Below the pieces are notes generated by a model. The model had not been told where the DNA came from, did not search any database, and saw nothing but the letters and a program-made list of their open reading frames with translations. The position numbers were made by a program, and so were the translations under genes. From an uncultured Acidobacteriota bacterium (GTDB lineage Bacteria > Acidobacteriota > Vicinamibacteria > Vicinamibacterales > Fen-181): a stretch of 64,000 nucleotides of DNA. This document shows positions 10,252 to 22,329 of the stretch, piece by piece; the first letter of the stretch is position 1, and every line of letters begins with the position of its first letter. The stretch spans positions 142,005 through 206,004 of the forward strand of contig CAWARN010000005.1 in NCBI GenBank assembly GCA_963784455.1. The letters are read 5' to 3'.

Positions 10252-10490
10252 TTGCGTCCCGAGGCTGCCGCCTCGGCCACGGTGGTCGGCGCGCTTGTGT
10301 CGCCGCGCGACGGTGATGCCCGGTGGGTCGCCCACACGGCCGTTCCGGTCAACAGCGCCAGAGGGCCGGTGAGAACGAGCATCGTGAACGTGCCGACGGA
10401 CAGTCCTCGCGGTACGAAGATGGCCCACACGATGCCCATGAGCGCCGCCCATGCGAGCAGCGCCGTCCAACGGTTCGCATACCTGGTCAT
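10248..10490 (-). CDS. Hypothetical 80-aa membrane protein, second gene of a coupled tricistron
   Basis: Internal ATG of ORF 10248..10760, overlapping the upstream stop as ATGA. MTRYANRWTALLAWAALMGIVWAIFVPRGLSVGTFTMLVLTGPLALLTGTAVWATH (2 TM). Confidence 0.45.
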   Translation of the reverse strand: MTRYANRWTALLAWAALMGIVWAIFVPRGLSVGTFTMLVLTGPLALLTGTAVWATHRASPSRGDTSAPTTVAEAAASGRK

Positions 10491-10687
10491 ACAGCCTCGG
10501 TCTTCCTTCCGATGGATGGAGCCGGCCCACCGTTGCCACCCGGCGGTTCGGCGCTGGGAACGCTCGTCACGTCGGCGGCGGCGTGAAGCCGCAGGGTCGC
10601 AGCCGCGAGCCGCGAGTGCTCGCGCCGCTTCAGGCCGGCCTTTCGTCGCAGCTGGAATCTCGCCTTGTCGCCGTTCAATGCGGACAT
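10487..10687 (-). CDS. Hypothetical 66-aa basic protein, first gene of a coupled tricistron
   Basis: Internal ATG of ORF 10487..11005, with GGAG about 10 nt upstream. MSALNGDKARFQLRRKAGLKRREHSRLAAATLRLHAAADV... High GC3. Confidence 0.4.
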   Translation of the reverse strand: MSALNGDKARFQLRRKAGLKRREHSRLAAATLRLHAAADVTSVPSAEPPGGNGGPAPSIGRKTEAV

Positions 10688-10868
10688 CGTGGGTCGCTCC
10701 GTTTCCCGGGTTGCCGACAGGCCTGGCGCTGACAGTTCGTCGCGCCTGGCGCCGACACAACCACCCACTCGCATCATACGGTCGATGCGGTGCCGCTGTC
10801 TGTGCAGTTGTGCACAGATTGAGGCCCCAGGCGCCTCTATCATGGGAGCGGCGAGGATTGAGCAGTCA

Positions 10869-12866
10869 ATGGCGAAGCGACCATCGGACAGCGGGACGGC
10901 AGGGCGGGCCGGAGGCCCCTCCGCGGCTTCGAAGGGCTCGACCACGGTCGCGCCGAAGCGCCCGCGGCCGTGGTGGCTGGTCTTTGTCGTGGTCCTGCTC
11001 GCCAACTACCTGGGGATGCAGTTCCTCTTTCCAGAGCCGACCGCGATCACCATTCCGTATACCTTCTTCAAGAGCCAGATCGAGGCCGGCAATGTCGCGG
11101 ACGTCACCAGCGTCGGCGCGTCGATCGAGGGGAGCTTCAAGACCAAGACGACGTATCCCCCGCCAGTGTCCCCGGTGCCTCCAGGGGCACCGGGCACGGC
11201 ACCGGCGTCGCCTGCCGCCGGCCAGCCCAAGGCTCGCGAGTCGATGCAGTTCAAGACGCAGCGGCCCGCCTTCGCCGACCAGGATCTCGAGCGCCGCCTC
11301 GACGAGAAGGGTGTCGTCATCAAGGCCGTCGACGAGAACGCGTCATCCTTGTTCAAGCTGCTGGTCGGCTTCGGCCCGACCCTGCTGCTGATCGGCGCGT
11401 TCGTGCTGATGAGCCGCCGGGCGGCGGCGGCCGCCGGAGGCGGGCTCTTCTCGCTCGGGCGGAGTCGCGCCAAGCGCTACAGCGAGGAACAGCCGAAGGT
11501 CACCTTCGAGGACGTCGCGGGAATCGACGAGGCCGAGAACGAGTTGATCGAGATCGTCGACTTCCTGAAGAACCCCGCGAAGTACCAGCGGCTCGGCGGT
11601 ATGGTCCCGAAGGGCGTGCTGCTCATCGGCGCGCCCGGCACCGGCAAGACGCTGCTGGCGCGGGCGATTGCCGGGCAGGCCGGCGTGCCGTTCTTCAGCC
11701 TCAGCGCCTCCGAGTTCATCGAGATGATCGTGGGCGTCGGCGCCTCGCGCGTGCGGGACCTGTTCAAGCAGGCCAGGGAGGCGGCGCCGGCGATCATCTT
11801 CATCGACGAGCTGGACGCGATTGGCCGCACGAGAGGCAGCGGGGCGCAGCTCGGCGGCCACGATGAACGCGAACAGACCTTGAACCAGATCCTGACCGAG
11901 ATGGACGGCTTCGATTCCCGCGAAGGCGTCATCGTCCTGGCAGCCACCAACCGGGCCGATGTGCTCGACCAGGCGCTCCTGCGGCCGGGGCGCTTCGACC
12001 GGCGCGTCGTCGTTCAGCGTCCGGACCGCGCCGGTCGCGCCGCCATCCTCGCGGTGCACACCAAGAACGTGCCGCTCGCGCCGGACGTCTCGCTCGAACG
12101 CATCGCCGCCGAAACTCCCGGGCTGGTCGGTGCGGAATTGCGCAACCTGGTCAACGAGGCGGCCCTGCTGGCGGCTCGAAAGGACGGGAACACGGTGGGC
12201 GCCGAGGACTTTGCGGAAGCGCTGCAGAAGATCACCTTGGGGCCGGCGCGCAACATCCTGCTCATCCCGGCCGATCGCGAGCGCACCGCCTACCACGAAG
12301 CGGGGCACGCGCTCCTCGCGGTCCTGATGCCGGGCAGCGATCCGGTCCATCGCGTCTCGATCGTGCCGCGCGGCATGGCGCTCGGAGCGACCTACCTGCT
12401 GCCCGTCGACGATCGGACCAGCTACGCCGAAGACTACCTCCGGGCGCGCATCACCGGCGCGCTCGGTGGTCGGGCCGCGGAGAAGCTCGTCTATGGCGTG
12501 GCCACGACCGGAGCCGAGAGCGACCTTCAGCAGGTGACCGAGGTCGCCCGCCGCATGGTGTTGCGGTGGGGCATGAGCGAGAAGCTCGGGCCGGTCAGCT
12601 TCGTCACGCCCCAGGACGACGGCCTTCCGCCGGCGTTTCAGCACCAGCCCTACAGCGAGGCCACCTCCGAGGTGATCGACGCCGAGGTCCGGCGCATCGT
12701 CGAGGAGTGTCTTCGAGAGGCTGACCGCCTGCTGGCGGAGAACCGCCACAAACTCGACGCCCTCGCCCGCGCCTTGTTGAACGCCGAGTCGCTCAACGCG
12801 CAGGAGGTTCTCGAGGCCATCAACCCACGGGACTCTTCGGCGCCACCTCCACCGGCCCCGCCTTGA
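10869..12866 (+). CDS. ftsH: ATP-dependent zinc metalloprotease FtsH
   Basis: ORF 10665..12866. Walker [12 protein letters not shown] region, zinc site HEAGHAL, N-terminal [16 protein letters not shown]. Start placed at ATG 10869 (MAKRPSD); 10842 is also possible. Confidence 0.95.
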   Translation: MAKRPSDSGTAGRAGGPSAASKGSTTVAPKRPRPWWLVFVVVLLANYLGMQFLFPEPTAITIPYTFFKSQIEAGNVADVTSVGASIEGSFKTKTTYPPPVSPVPPGAPGTAPASPAAGQPKARESMQFKTQRPAFADQDLERRLDEKGVVIKAVDENASSLFKLLVGFGPTLLLIGAFVLMSRRAAAAAGGGLFSLGRSRAKRYSEEQPKVTFEDVAGIDEAENELIEIVDFLKNPAKYQRLGGMVPKGVLLIGAPGTGKTLLARAIAGQAGVPFFSLSASEFIEMIVGVGASRVRDLFKQAREAAPAIIFIDELDAIGRTRGSGAQLGGHDEREQTLNQILTEMDGFDSREGVIVLAATNRADVLDQALLRPGRFDRRVVVQRPDRAGRAAILAVHTKNVPLAPDVSLERIAAETPGLVGAELRNLVNEAALLAARKDGNTVGAEDFAEALQKITLGPARNILLIPADRERTAYHEAGHALLAVLMPGSDPVHRVSIVPRGMALGATYLLPVDDRTSYAEDYLRARITGALGGRAAEKLVYGVATTGAESDLQQVTEVARRMVLRWGMSEKLGPVSFVTPQDDGLPPAFQHQPYSEATSEVIDAEVRRIVEECLREADRLLAENRHKLDALARALLNAESLNAQEVLEAINPRDSSAPPPPAPP

Positions 12867-12963
12867 TGGCCACCTTCACCGCGTCTTCCAATCGTCTCCA
12901 CACCGGCCGGCCCGCCATTGCGGACACCGAGTTCTGCCCCGAGAGGGAATGTGGCAGCGAGTG

Positions 12964-13377
12964 CTACGGGGTGGGCGCCTGCGCGACGAACCTCAGTGCC
13001 GTGCCGTTCGTGCAGTAGCGGAGCCCGGTCGGCGCCGGGCCGTCGTCGAAGACGTGGCCCAGGTGGCCGCCGCACCGGCGGCAGTGCATCTCCGTGCGAA
13101 CCATGCCGTGACGGCGGTCGACGGTGGTGTCGACCGCGTCCTCGATCGCCGCGTAGTAGCTCGGCCAGCCGGAGCCGCTGTTGTATTTGGCCTCGGATGA
13201 GAACAACGGCGCGCCGCAGCCGGCGCAGACGAACCGGCCGTCGCGGTGTTCGGCGTTGTACGGGTGCGACCACGCGGGTTCCGTGCCGTGCTGCCGCAGC
13301 ACGCGGTACTCGTCGGGCGTCAGCGACGCCCGCCACTCATCGTCGGTCCTGCGCACGCCATCAGCCGTGTCGTCCAT
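12964..13377 (-). CDS. msrB: Peptide-methionine (R)-S-oxide reductase MsrB
   Basis: ORF 137 aa. CAGCGAPLF ... CRRCGGHLGHVF ... GLRYCTNG (two CxxC zinc pairs plus the catalytic Cys region). Confidence 0.95.
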   Translation of the reverse strand: MDDTADGVRRTDDEWRASLTPDEYRVLRQHGTEPAWSHPYNAEHRDGRFVCAGCGAPLFSSEAKYNSGSGWPSYYAAIEDAVDTTVDRRHGMVRTEMHCRRCGGHLGHVFDDGPAPTGLRYCTNGTALRFVAQAPTP

Positions 13378-13410
13378 ATCGCGTTCTCTGCCGGAAGCCG
13401 AGAGCCGTTT

Positions 13411-14841
13411 CTACCGGCCGTCCGGAGGACCCGGCGCTCCGCGGCCCAACTCGACGCGAATCGCCTTCCATCTCCCCTGCCGGAAGCGGAGGACGCTGAG
13501 CGAGGCGCGCGTGATGTGCCCGAGCAGGATCGCCGTCCAGATGCCGGAAGCCGTCAGGCGTCCACCCGCCTCGAGCGTTGCGCACAGGCCGAGCGGCACG
13601 ACGATCTGAGAGATGATCGAGATGACGAACGGGCTCCGCGTGTCGCCCGCGCCCTGCAGGGCGCCCGTGTAGGTCAGCGCCACGGTGACGAACAGGCCGG
13701 ACACGCTGAGGAACCGGAGCAGCTGGCACCCGATGTCGAGGACCACCGGGTCGGTGAGGCCGAACACGGCGAACAGCGCCCGCGGGAACACGAGGAAGCC
13801 GGTGCCGACGACCGCGGCCACCGCAATCCCGATCCGCGACGCCATCTCCGGGCCGCGCGCGCTCCGGTCCGGGAGGCCGGCGCCCATGTTCTGGCCCACG
13901 ACCGTCGACGCCGCGCCCATCAGGCCGACCGACGTCCACGTCACCAGCGAAAACAGCTCGCCGTAGCCGACCGCATACGCCGCCTGCGCCTGCGCGCTGT
14001 GCCCCAGCGACCCGATGAACCGCAGCAGGAACATGCCGGCGATGTTCATCGCGATCCCCTGGAATCCGGCGGGCAGTCCGAACGCGAACAGCGACTTGAT
14101 GAGCGGCCAGTCGACCCGCCAGTCCATGGTCCTGGACCACCGGATCACCGACCGCCCGGAGAACAGCCACAGCAGCCCCGCGCCGCCGACGATCGCGTTT
14201 GCCGTCACGGTGCCGATGGCTGCGCCCGCGGTGCCGAGCGCCGGGATCGGTCCGAGGCCGCGAATCAGCACGACGTTGAGCAGCACGTTCAGGATCGTGA
14301 CGGCGATGCCGAGCCGGAGCGGCGTCTTCGCATCGCCTGCCGCCCTGAACGCGCCGCCGAGCATGAAGAAGATGAGCATGCCGACGCTGCACGTCAGCAT
14401 GATCCGCAGGAACGGCAGCGCCTCGCGCTTCACGTCGGGCGCCGCGTTCACCATGTCGAGCAGGTGCGGCGCGAGCACGTAGCCGAGAGGCGCCAGCACC
14501 AGGCCGGCGAGCAGCAGCGACGCCAGGAAGGCCTGGTAGACAACCCGGTTCACGCCGTCGGCGTCGCCGGCGCCCGCCGCCCGGGCGACGAAGATCGCCG
14601 TCCCCGTGTAGAGCGACGCGATGAACGTGATGACGACGAGGATGATCTGCCAGCTGACGCCGATGGCGGCGTTCGCCGCGTAGCCCACGAAGTGCCCCAC
14701 CAGCGCGTGGTCGACGATCCCCTGCAGTCCCGCGAACAGGTTCTGCAGCATCGTCGGCCAGGCGAGCTTCCACACCGCGGGGAGCAGCGGCCCCTCCACG
14801 ATGCTGCGATCGAAGCGCCGGGGCGTCTGGGGTGTGGCCAT
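13411..14841 (-). CDS. MATE family efflux transporter
   Basis: ORF 476 aa, 12 predicted TM helices, N-terminal WKLAWPTMLQNLFAGLQGIVDHALVGH typical of MatE repeats. Confidence 0.9.
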   Translation of the reverse strand: MATPQTPRRFDRSIVEGPLLPAVWKLAWPTMLQNLFAGLQGIVDHALVGHFVGYAANAAIGVSWQIILVVITFIASLYTGTAIFVARAAGAGDADGVNRVVYQAFLASLLLAGLVLAPLGYVLAPHLLDMVNAAPDVKREALPFLRIMLTCSVGMLIFFMLGGAFRAAGDAKTPLRLGIAVTILNVLLNVVLIRGLGPIPALGTAGAAIGTVTANAIVGGAGLLWLFSGRSVIRWSRTMDWRVDWPLIKSLFAFGLPAGFQGIAMNIAGMFLLRFIGSLGHSAQAQAAYAVGYGELFSLVTWTSVGLMGAASTVVGQNMGAGLPDRSARGPEMASRIGIAVAAVVGTGFLVFPRALFAVFGLTDPVVLDIGCQLLRFLSVSGLFVTVALTYTGALQGAGDTRSPFVISIISQIVVPLGLCATLEAGGRLTASGIWTAILLGHITRASLSVLRFRQGRWKAIRVELGRGAPGPPDGR

Positions 14842-14850
14842 GCGGGGGTG

Positions 14851-15868
14851 TCAGCGCTGGCGGAACGCGGTCAGCACGTTGCGGGCCGCCCGAAACGGGC
14901 TCAGACGCCCGCTCCGGACCTCGGCCCGCATGGCGGCCAGGTGATCGGTGACGAGGCGGTCGCGCCTGATGTCCTGCTCGAGACCCAGCAGGATGGCCTC
15001 TCGCATCCACTCGAGCGCCTGCTCCTCGCGGAGGCGCGCGAACGAGCCGTTCGACTCGACGAGCGCGCGGTGCTCGAGGACGACGTTCCAGAATCTCAGC
15101 CACGCCCTTGCGCTCGAGCGCCGAGCAGGTGACGACGCGAGACGTCCACCCGTCGCCGGAGGCGGGGAAGAGGTGCAGCGCGTTCTCGTAGTCCTGGCGC
15201 GCGCGCTCCGCACGCCGGCGGTTGTCGCCGTCCGCCTTGTTGATCGCGATGAGGTCGGTCATCTCGAGGATGCCGCGCTTCATCCCCTGCAGCTCGTCCC
15301 CGGCGCCCGCGAGCATCAGCAGGAGGAAGAAGTCGGTCATCGATCGGACCGTGGTCTCGGACTGTCCGACGCCGACGGTCTCGACGAAGACGTTCTGATA
15401 GCCGGCCGCCTCGCAGAGCAGCATCGCCTCGCGCGTCCGGCGCGCCACGCCGCCGAGGTGCCCGCGAGACGGGGACGGGCGGATGAAGGCCCGTTCGTCG
15501 GTGGCGAGCCGCTCCATGCGTGTCTTGTCGCCGAGAATGCTGCCGCCCGAGACGGGGCTGGATGGATCCACCGAGAGCACCGCCACGGTTTCGCCGAGCT
15601 CGCGCGTGAGGTGGGTGCCGAGCGCTTCGATGAAGCTGCTCTTGCCGACTCCTGGAACGCCCGTGATGCCGACACGGCGGGCGCGGCCTGAGTGCGGCAG
15701 GCAGGCCTCGATGACCTCGGACGCGATATCGACGTCGGAGGGCAGGTCGCTCTCGACGAGCGTAATCGCGCGGGCGAGCACGCTGCGGTCGCCGGCGCGG
15801 ATCCCGGCCACGTAGTCGGCAGCCGGGAGCCGCTGACGCCGGCGCGTGGCTGGCGAGGTGTGAGCCAT
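14851..15868 (-). pseudogene. meaB: Methylmalonyl-CoA mutase accessory GTPase MeaB/ArgK, one frame break as sequenced
   Basis: N-part in ORF 13361..16063 from ATG 15868 (GITGVPGVGKSSFIEALG, SVDPSSPVSGGSILGDKTRM, INKADGDN). C-part is the tail of ORF 14851..15213 (WNVVLEHRALVESNG...). One extra base near 15088..15097 (minus strand gagATTCtgg). 1018 nt minus 1 = 339 codons. Confidence 0.85.
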
Positions 15869-15935
15869 CCGGTTGATCCTACGCCGGGTCGGGCGGGAAT
15901 GGGTCCGGGAAGTTCTGTGGCAGCTATACTGACGC

Positions 15936-17162
15936 ATGCTTCGGAAGATGCTCACCCGGAAGATGCTGACGATCCTGTGCCTCGGCATCGCCGCCGGGAT
16001 CCCGCTCGGCATCGTCCTGACCGTCCTCCAGGCCTGGATGACGAAATCGGGGATCGACCTCAAGACGATTGGGCTCGCCGTGCTCGTCCAGATGCCCTAC
16101 ACCTGGAAGTTCGTCTGGTCCCCCCTGATGGACCGGTTCGTTCCGCCCTTCCTGGGACGACGCCGGGGCTGGATGCTCGTTTCCCAGGTGCTGATGATCG
16201 TGTCGATTGTCGCGATGGGCCGGTTCGACCCGGCGCACGCCATCGTCCCCATCCTCGCGCTCGCGACCCTCATCTCGTTCGCCGGGGCCAGCCACGACAT
16301 CGTCATCGACGCCTACCGGCGGGACGTGCTCGACGAATCGGAACTCGGATTCGGGTCGGCCGTCGCGGTCAACAGCTACCTGATCGGGTTTCGCTACATC
16401 GGCGTGGTGCTGGGCCTGTTCCTCGCCGACTTCCTCCCGTGGAGCCAGGTGTTCATGATCCTGGCCGGATTCGTCGTCGTCGGCGTGGTCGGCACGTTCA
16501 TCGCGATCGAGCCGCGGGACGCCATCGCCGCGCCGAAGAGCCTGCGCGAGGCGGTGTTCAATCCGTTCCTCGATTACCTCAAGCGTCCGGGCGCCATCGA
16601 GATTCTGCTGTTCATCCTGCTCTACAAGCTCGGTGACAATCTCGCCAGCGCGCTGCTGACGCCGTTCTACATCAAGGTGGGCTACACGCTGACGCAGATC
16701 TCCGTCTACTACAAGGTCGTGTCCTTCTGGGGGACGTTCTGCGGAGGGCTGATCGGCGGCGCGCTGCTGACGCGCTACAGCATCAGGAAGTGCCTGATGG
16801 CGTTCGGCGTCTTCCAGGGGGTCACGCCGCTGGCGTTCTCGATCCTCGTCGCGACCGGGCCGAACGTGCTGGCCCTGGCCTTCGTCGTTGCCGTGGAAAC
16901 GCTGAGCCTGGGGATGGGGGCGTCCGCGCTCACGGCGTTCATGCTGCGGCTCTGCAACCGGAAGTTCAGCGCCACGCAGTACGCGCTGCTCACGAGCTTC
17001 ATGGGAATCCCGAGGACGATCATCCCGGCGAGCGCCGGCTTCATCGTGGGCTCGCTGGGATGGGTGCACTTCTACATCCTGTGCGTGGTCCTCGCCATCC
17101 CCGGACTGCTGCTGATCTACTTCCGCGCGGCCAAGTGGGAAGAAGGCCTCCCGCCGGCGTAG
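15936..17162 (+). CDS. ampG: AmpG family muropeptide MFS transporter
   Basis: ORF 408 aa. GIPLGIVLTVLQAWMTKSGIDLKTIGL..QMPYTWKFVWSPLMDRF motif region typical of AmpG; about 12 TM helices. Confidence 0.85.
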   Translation: MLRKMLTRKMLTILCLGIAAGIPLGIVLTVLQAWMTKSGIDLKTIGLAVLVQMPYTWKFVWSPLMDRFVPPFLGRRRGWMLVSQVLMIVSIVAMGRFDPAHAIVPILALATLISFAGASHDIVIDAYRRDVLDESELGFGSAVAVNSYLIGFRYIGVVLGLFLADFLPWSQVFMILAGFVVVGVVGTFIAIEPRDAIAAPKSLREAVFNPFLDYLKRPGAIEILLFILLYKLGDNLASALLTPFYIKVGYTLTQISVYYKVVSFWGTFCGGLIGGALLTRYSIRKCLMAFGVFQGVTPLAFSILVATGPNVLALAFVVAVETLSLGMGASALTAFMLRLCNRKFSATQYALLTSFMGIPRTIIPASAGFIVGSLGWVHFYILCVVLAIPGLLLIYFRAAKWEEGLPPA

Positions 17163-17197
17163 CGAACGAATCGCCCCGACCGATCTCGCACCGAGTC

Positions 17198-17582
17198 TCA
17201 CGGCTCGTAGAGATCGACGAATCCCAGGCGGGACATGCGCTCGAAATCCGAATCGAGCGACCACACGAGACTGCCTGATTCTGTGGCAGGGCCCCGATCA
17301 GCAGGTCACCGAAGCCGAAACGTTGACCAGCCGCGCCCGCGACGTCCACCCAGGCGTCCATCAACTGCCAGGTGTCTTCGGACGGGTGCAGAACGGGAAG
17401 CGCGGAGAGTGATCGCCGGAGGCGCGGGCGATCCAGTGCGGACGCGCCTGTCAGCAACTCGATGCGCACGGGAACAGCCAGACACGCCTCATCGGTATCG
17501 AGGAGCTCCGTAGCGTCTCCGCCTCTGCGGACGCGCCCGCCCGAAACGAGCGGACCCAGACCGAGGTATCGACGACGATCAT
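17198..17582 (-). pseudogene. vapC: PIN-domain toxin VapC, two frame breaks as sequenced
   Basis: Three frames. [25 protein letters not shown] (ATG 17582 overlaps the vapB stop as ATGA), ELLDTDEACLAVPVRIELLTGAS...GQRFGFGDLLIGAL (ORF 17041..17469), and ATESGSLVWSLDSDFERMSRLGFVDLYEP. Apparent 1-nt deletions near 17508 and 17288. 385 nt +2 = 129 codons. Confidence 0.7.
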
Positions 17583-17788
17583 GACCGAATCCCGCGAGGC
17601 CTTCGCCGGGAGCGGGCCACGTCCACGTCGAGCACCACCCGGCCGAGCAGGTCCTTCAGTTCGTCGACTCTCCGTCGTCGCACGAGCTCCCGCAGCGCAA
17701 GGACGATGGTGTCGGTCTTCGATTTGAATCCCAGCACCGACCGCGCCTCATCGACGAGTTCAGCCGGGAGATCGAGTGTCGTGCGCAT
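17579..17788 (-). CDS. vapB: Type II antitoxin VapB (ribbon-helix-helix type)
   Basis: ORF 17579..17803. The canonical N-terminus [40 protein letters not shown] starts at ATG 17788. Confidence 0.75.
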   Translation of the reverse strand: MRTTLDLPAELVDEARSVLGFKSKTDTIVLALRELVRRRRVDELKDLLGRVVLDVDVARSRRRPRGIRS

Positions 17789-17795
17789 ACGAAAC

Positions 17796-17825
17796 ATTAT
17801 CAATCGTATGCTTAGAAATGTCCAA
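17796..17825 (-). promoter_or_regulatory. Candidate sigma70-type promoter of vapBC giving a leaderless or near-leaderless transcript
   Basis: Minus strand TTGGAC (17825..17820), 18 nt spacer, GATAAT (17801..17796), then 7 nt to the vapB ATG. It lies in an unusually AT-rich patch. The partial palindrome ACGA...TCGT overlapping the -10 could be the operator. Confidence 0.35.
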
Positions 17826-17878
17826 TTCAGTTTCGTGACGTCTGCGGACGCCGAGCCTTGGCCGCGAACCGCTCGGTC

Positions 17879-20020
<2,142 letters not shown>

Positions 20021-20024
<4 letters not shown>

Positions 20025-21415
20025 GCTGCATCTCCTACGTGCGACTGCAGTCTGGCGGTCTCACTGCGATCGCGTCGCCAGCTGCCAGCTACTGTCCCTT
20101 GTCCCAACCTGTCCTGCCACATGGTGAGCGTCTCCACCGCATTCGACCGCGCGTGGACGAAGCCGGCGACGCCGGCGGCGGTGAGCGCGTCGACGTTGTC
20201 CTTCGGCAGGCCGGCGACGAGGACCGGCACCCGGACCTGCGGCACGATCGCGCGCGCCAGGTCGAGGTAGTCTGCGTCGGCGCTGCAGAGCACTACGAGG
20301 TCGGCATCCGATAACGTGTCGGACTGGGCGATGTCGAAGCCGGCGCAGCCGAAGAAATTGAGGCAGAACGCGGCGCGCGCCTTTCGCATCCTCAGGTCGC
20401 CGCGTTCGAGCAGCAGGACGAGCGGGACGTGCCCGGTTGCGGCGGCGTGCCGCTCGGTGCGGAGACGAATCGCCTCGAAGGGCTCGGCCAGGCGCCAGCC
20501 TTCGCTACGCGTTCCGGCCGCGTCCAGCCGGCGCTCCAGCAGGTTCGGGTAGTTGTTGGTGCCGACGAGCACGCGGCGCCGTTCGGCGACGGCCTGCTCC
20601 TTCGATGCGCGGGCCGCTGCGAGCGCGGCGTCGGCGGCGCCCGACCCTTGGTAGGCCGCCCAGCCGCCCACCCCTTCAATTGCCTGGAAGAGCGTCCACG
20701 CCTCGGCCGAGAGCGCGTCGGTCAGCGCCTCGACATAGTACGAGCCGGCACCCGGGTCCTGCACCTTGTCGAGATGGCTCTCCTCGCGGAGGACGTGCTG
20801 GACGTTCTCGGCGAGGTGCGCGTCGAACCCGCACGGCGGAATTGTGAGCGAGTCGCAGCCGCCGACGATCGCCGACAGCGCCTCGGTGGTGACCCGCAGC
20901 ATGTTGACGTGCGGGTCGTAGAGCGTCTGGTTCTCACCGGCGGTCCGCGCGTGAATGCGCACGTCCCCGTCGGCGCCGAACGCCTCGGCCACTCCCTTCC
21001 ACAACAGCCGGGCCGACCGCAGCTTTGCCATCTCCATGAAGTGGTTGGACCCGACGGTGAAGGCGAGCGTCGTGACCGTCCGACCGGCGGCCAGCGCATC
21101 GGCCCCCTGGGCCAGGACGTACGCGACTTCCTGGACGGCGGTGGCGCCGAGTTCGTGCGCGTCGATCGCGCTGGCATCGGCGGCGGGCTCCGCATCGGGC
21201 GCGGCCATCGTCCACGTGCCGGCGGCGTTCACGACCGGCGGGCGCGGCCTCACGTGCTCGGACCGGTAGTAGGGCCGGACGGCAATCCCTTCGTCGGTCT
21301 TCCAGACCAGCCGCTTCTCGTAATCGGCGCCCTTCAGATCTCTCGCGATCTGGGCCTCCCACTCGGCGGTTGTCACCGGCGGGAATGCAGCGGGTGGGTC
21401 GAACGTGTGAGCCAT
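20021..21415 (-). CDS. mutA: Methylmalonyl-CoA mutase small (beta) subunit
   Basis: ORF 464 aa, MCM-fold without the B12 His motif ([36 protein letters not shown]...). Its stop overlaps the mutB start by 4 nt. Confidence 0.8.
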
Positions 21416-21427
21416 GGCTCAGATTCC

Positions 21428-21455
21428 CTGAGCCCTGGGCCTTGAGCCCTGAGCC
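21428..21455 (-). repeat. Heptanucleotide tandem array, 4 units (GGCTCAR on the coding strand)
   Basis: Plus strand CTGAGCC CTGGGCC TTGAGCC CTGAGCC, filling the spacer between the epimerase stop (21455) and the mutA start (21415). Confidence 0.85.
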
Positions 21456-21919
21456 TACGCTTCCTGCACCACTTCAACGAGGAACCCGAACGGCGCCTCT
21501 TCCCGCGACTTCGGATGCACGAAGAACACCGTCGTCCCGCGCGACCCCCTGCGCGGCGCCTTGTCGATGACGTTGAAGCCCCTCGCCTTCATGTCGTCGA
21601 AGGCGCGGTGGATGTCGGCCACGCGGAACGCGACGTGGGCGAACCCTCCGCGCCCGCCGTTGCGATCGATGAGCTTCTGAACGGGGGAGTCGGCCGTCAG
21701 CGGCTCCAACAACTGGACCAGGTTGGGGCCGCCGCCGATCCGAAGCAGCACCTCCCGGACCTGGTCCCCTCCCAGGACGTCCTCGCGGTGGATCTCGGTG
21801 AATCCGAGCAGCGTGTACGCGCCAACCTGCGATTCGAGTTCGCCCGTGCGGACCGCGATGGCGAGGTGGTCGATGCAGACGAAACCGACGACGTCCTGCG
21901 TCTCATTCGAATTCGACAA
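21455..21919 (-). CDS. mce: Methylmalonyl-CoA epimerase (VOC/glyoxalase fold)
   Basis: ORF 154 aa. IDHLAIAV...LEPL...SPVQKLIDRNGGRGGFAHVAFRVADI...GTTVFFVHPKS, in a methylmalonyl-CoA gene context. Confidence 0.85.
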   Translation of the reverse strand: MSNSNETQDVVGFVCIDHLAIAVRTGELESQVGAYTLLGFTEIHREDVLGGDQVREVLLRIGGGPNLVQLLEPLTADSPVQKLIDRNGGRGGFAHVAFRVADIHRAFDDMKARGFNVIDKAPRRGSRGTTVFFVHPKSREEAPFGFLVEVVQEA

Positions 21920-22307
21920 GGACCTGTCCTCCTGTGACGCTGTCGCCGACCTGCACGTTCACCGCGCGCACCCTGCCGGCCGCGGGCGCGGTGATGTCGG
22001 TCTCCATCTTCATCGCCTCGAGCACGAGCACGCCGTCGCCCACCTGGATCTGCTGGCCGACCTGCGCGGCGATCCGCACGACGATACCCGAGATCGGGCT
22101 CCGGACGACCTTCTCTTCGTTGACCGGCGGACGTGAAGCCGCGCCGGCGCCTGGCGCGGCCGGCGGCACCGCCGCCGGGGCCTGCGCAGGCACGCGCGCC
22201 GGGGACATCGGGAAGTAGCCGCCGACGCCGTAGATCGGATGCTCCGGCGCCGCGACCTCGACGTCGACCTCGTACGTCTTTCCGTCAACCGTCAGCTTCA
22301 GTTTCAC
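21903..22307 (-). CDS. Biotin carboxyl-carrier subunit (1.3S-type, biotinyl/lipoyl domain)
   Basis: ORF 134 aa. Pro/Ala linker then VRSPISGIVV...VLVLEAMKMETDITAP (biotinylation motif AMKM). Confidence 0.85.
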   Translation of the reverse strand: MKLKLTVDGKTYEVDVEVAAPEHPIYGVGGYFPMSPARVPAQAPAAVPPAAPGAGAASRPPVNEEKVVRSPISGIVVRIAAQVGQQIQVGDGVLVLEAMKMETDITAPAAGRVRAVNVQVGDSVTGGQVLVEFE

Positions 22308-22329
22308 ACGTGTCTCCCCTCGTCGCCGC

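Noticed and set aside
13246-16063. ORFs 13246..15132(+) and the distal two thirds of 13361..16063(-).
   Set aside because: Arg/Asp/His-rich nonsense lying opposite or out of frame to the MATE and meaB genes. Only the first ~260 codons downstream of ATG 15868 (itself 65 codons inside this ORF) belong to a real gene (meaB).
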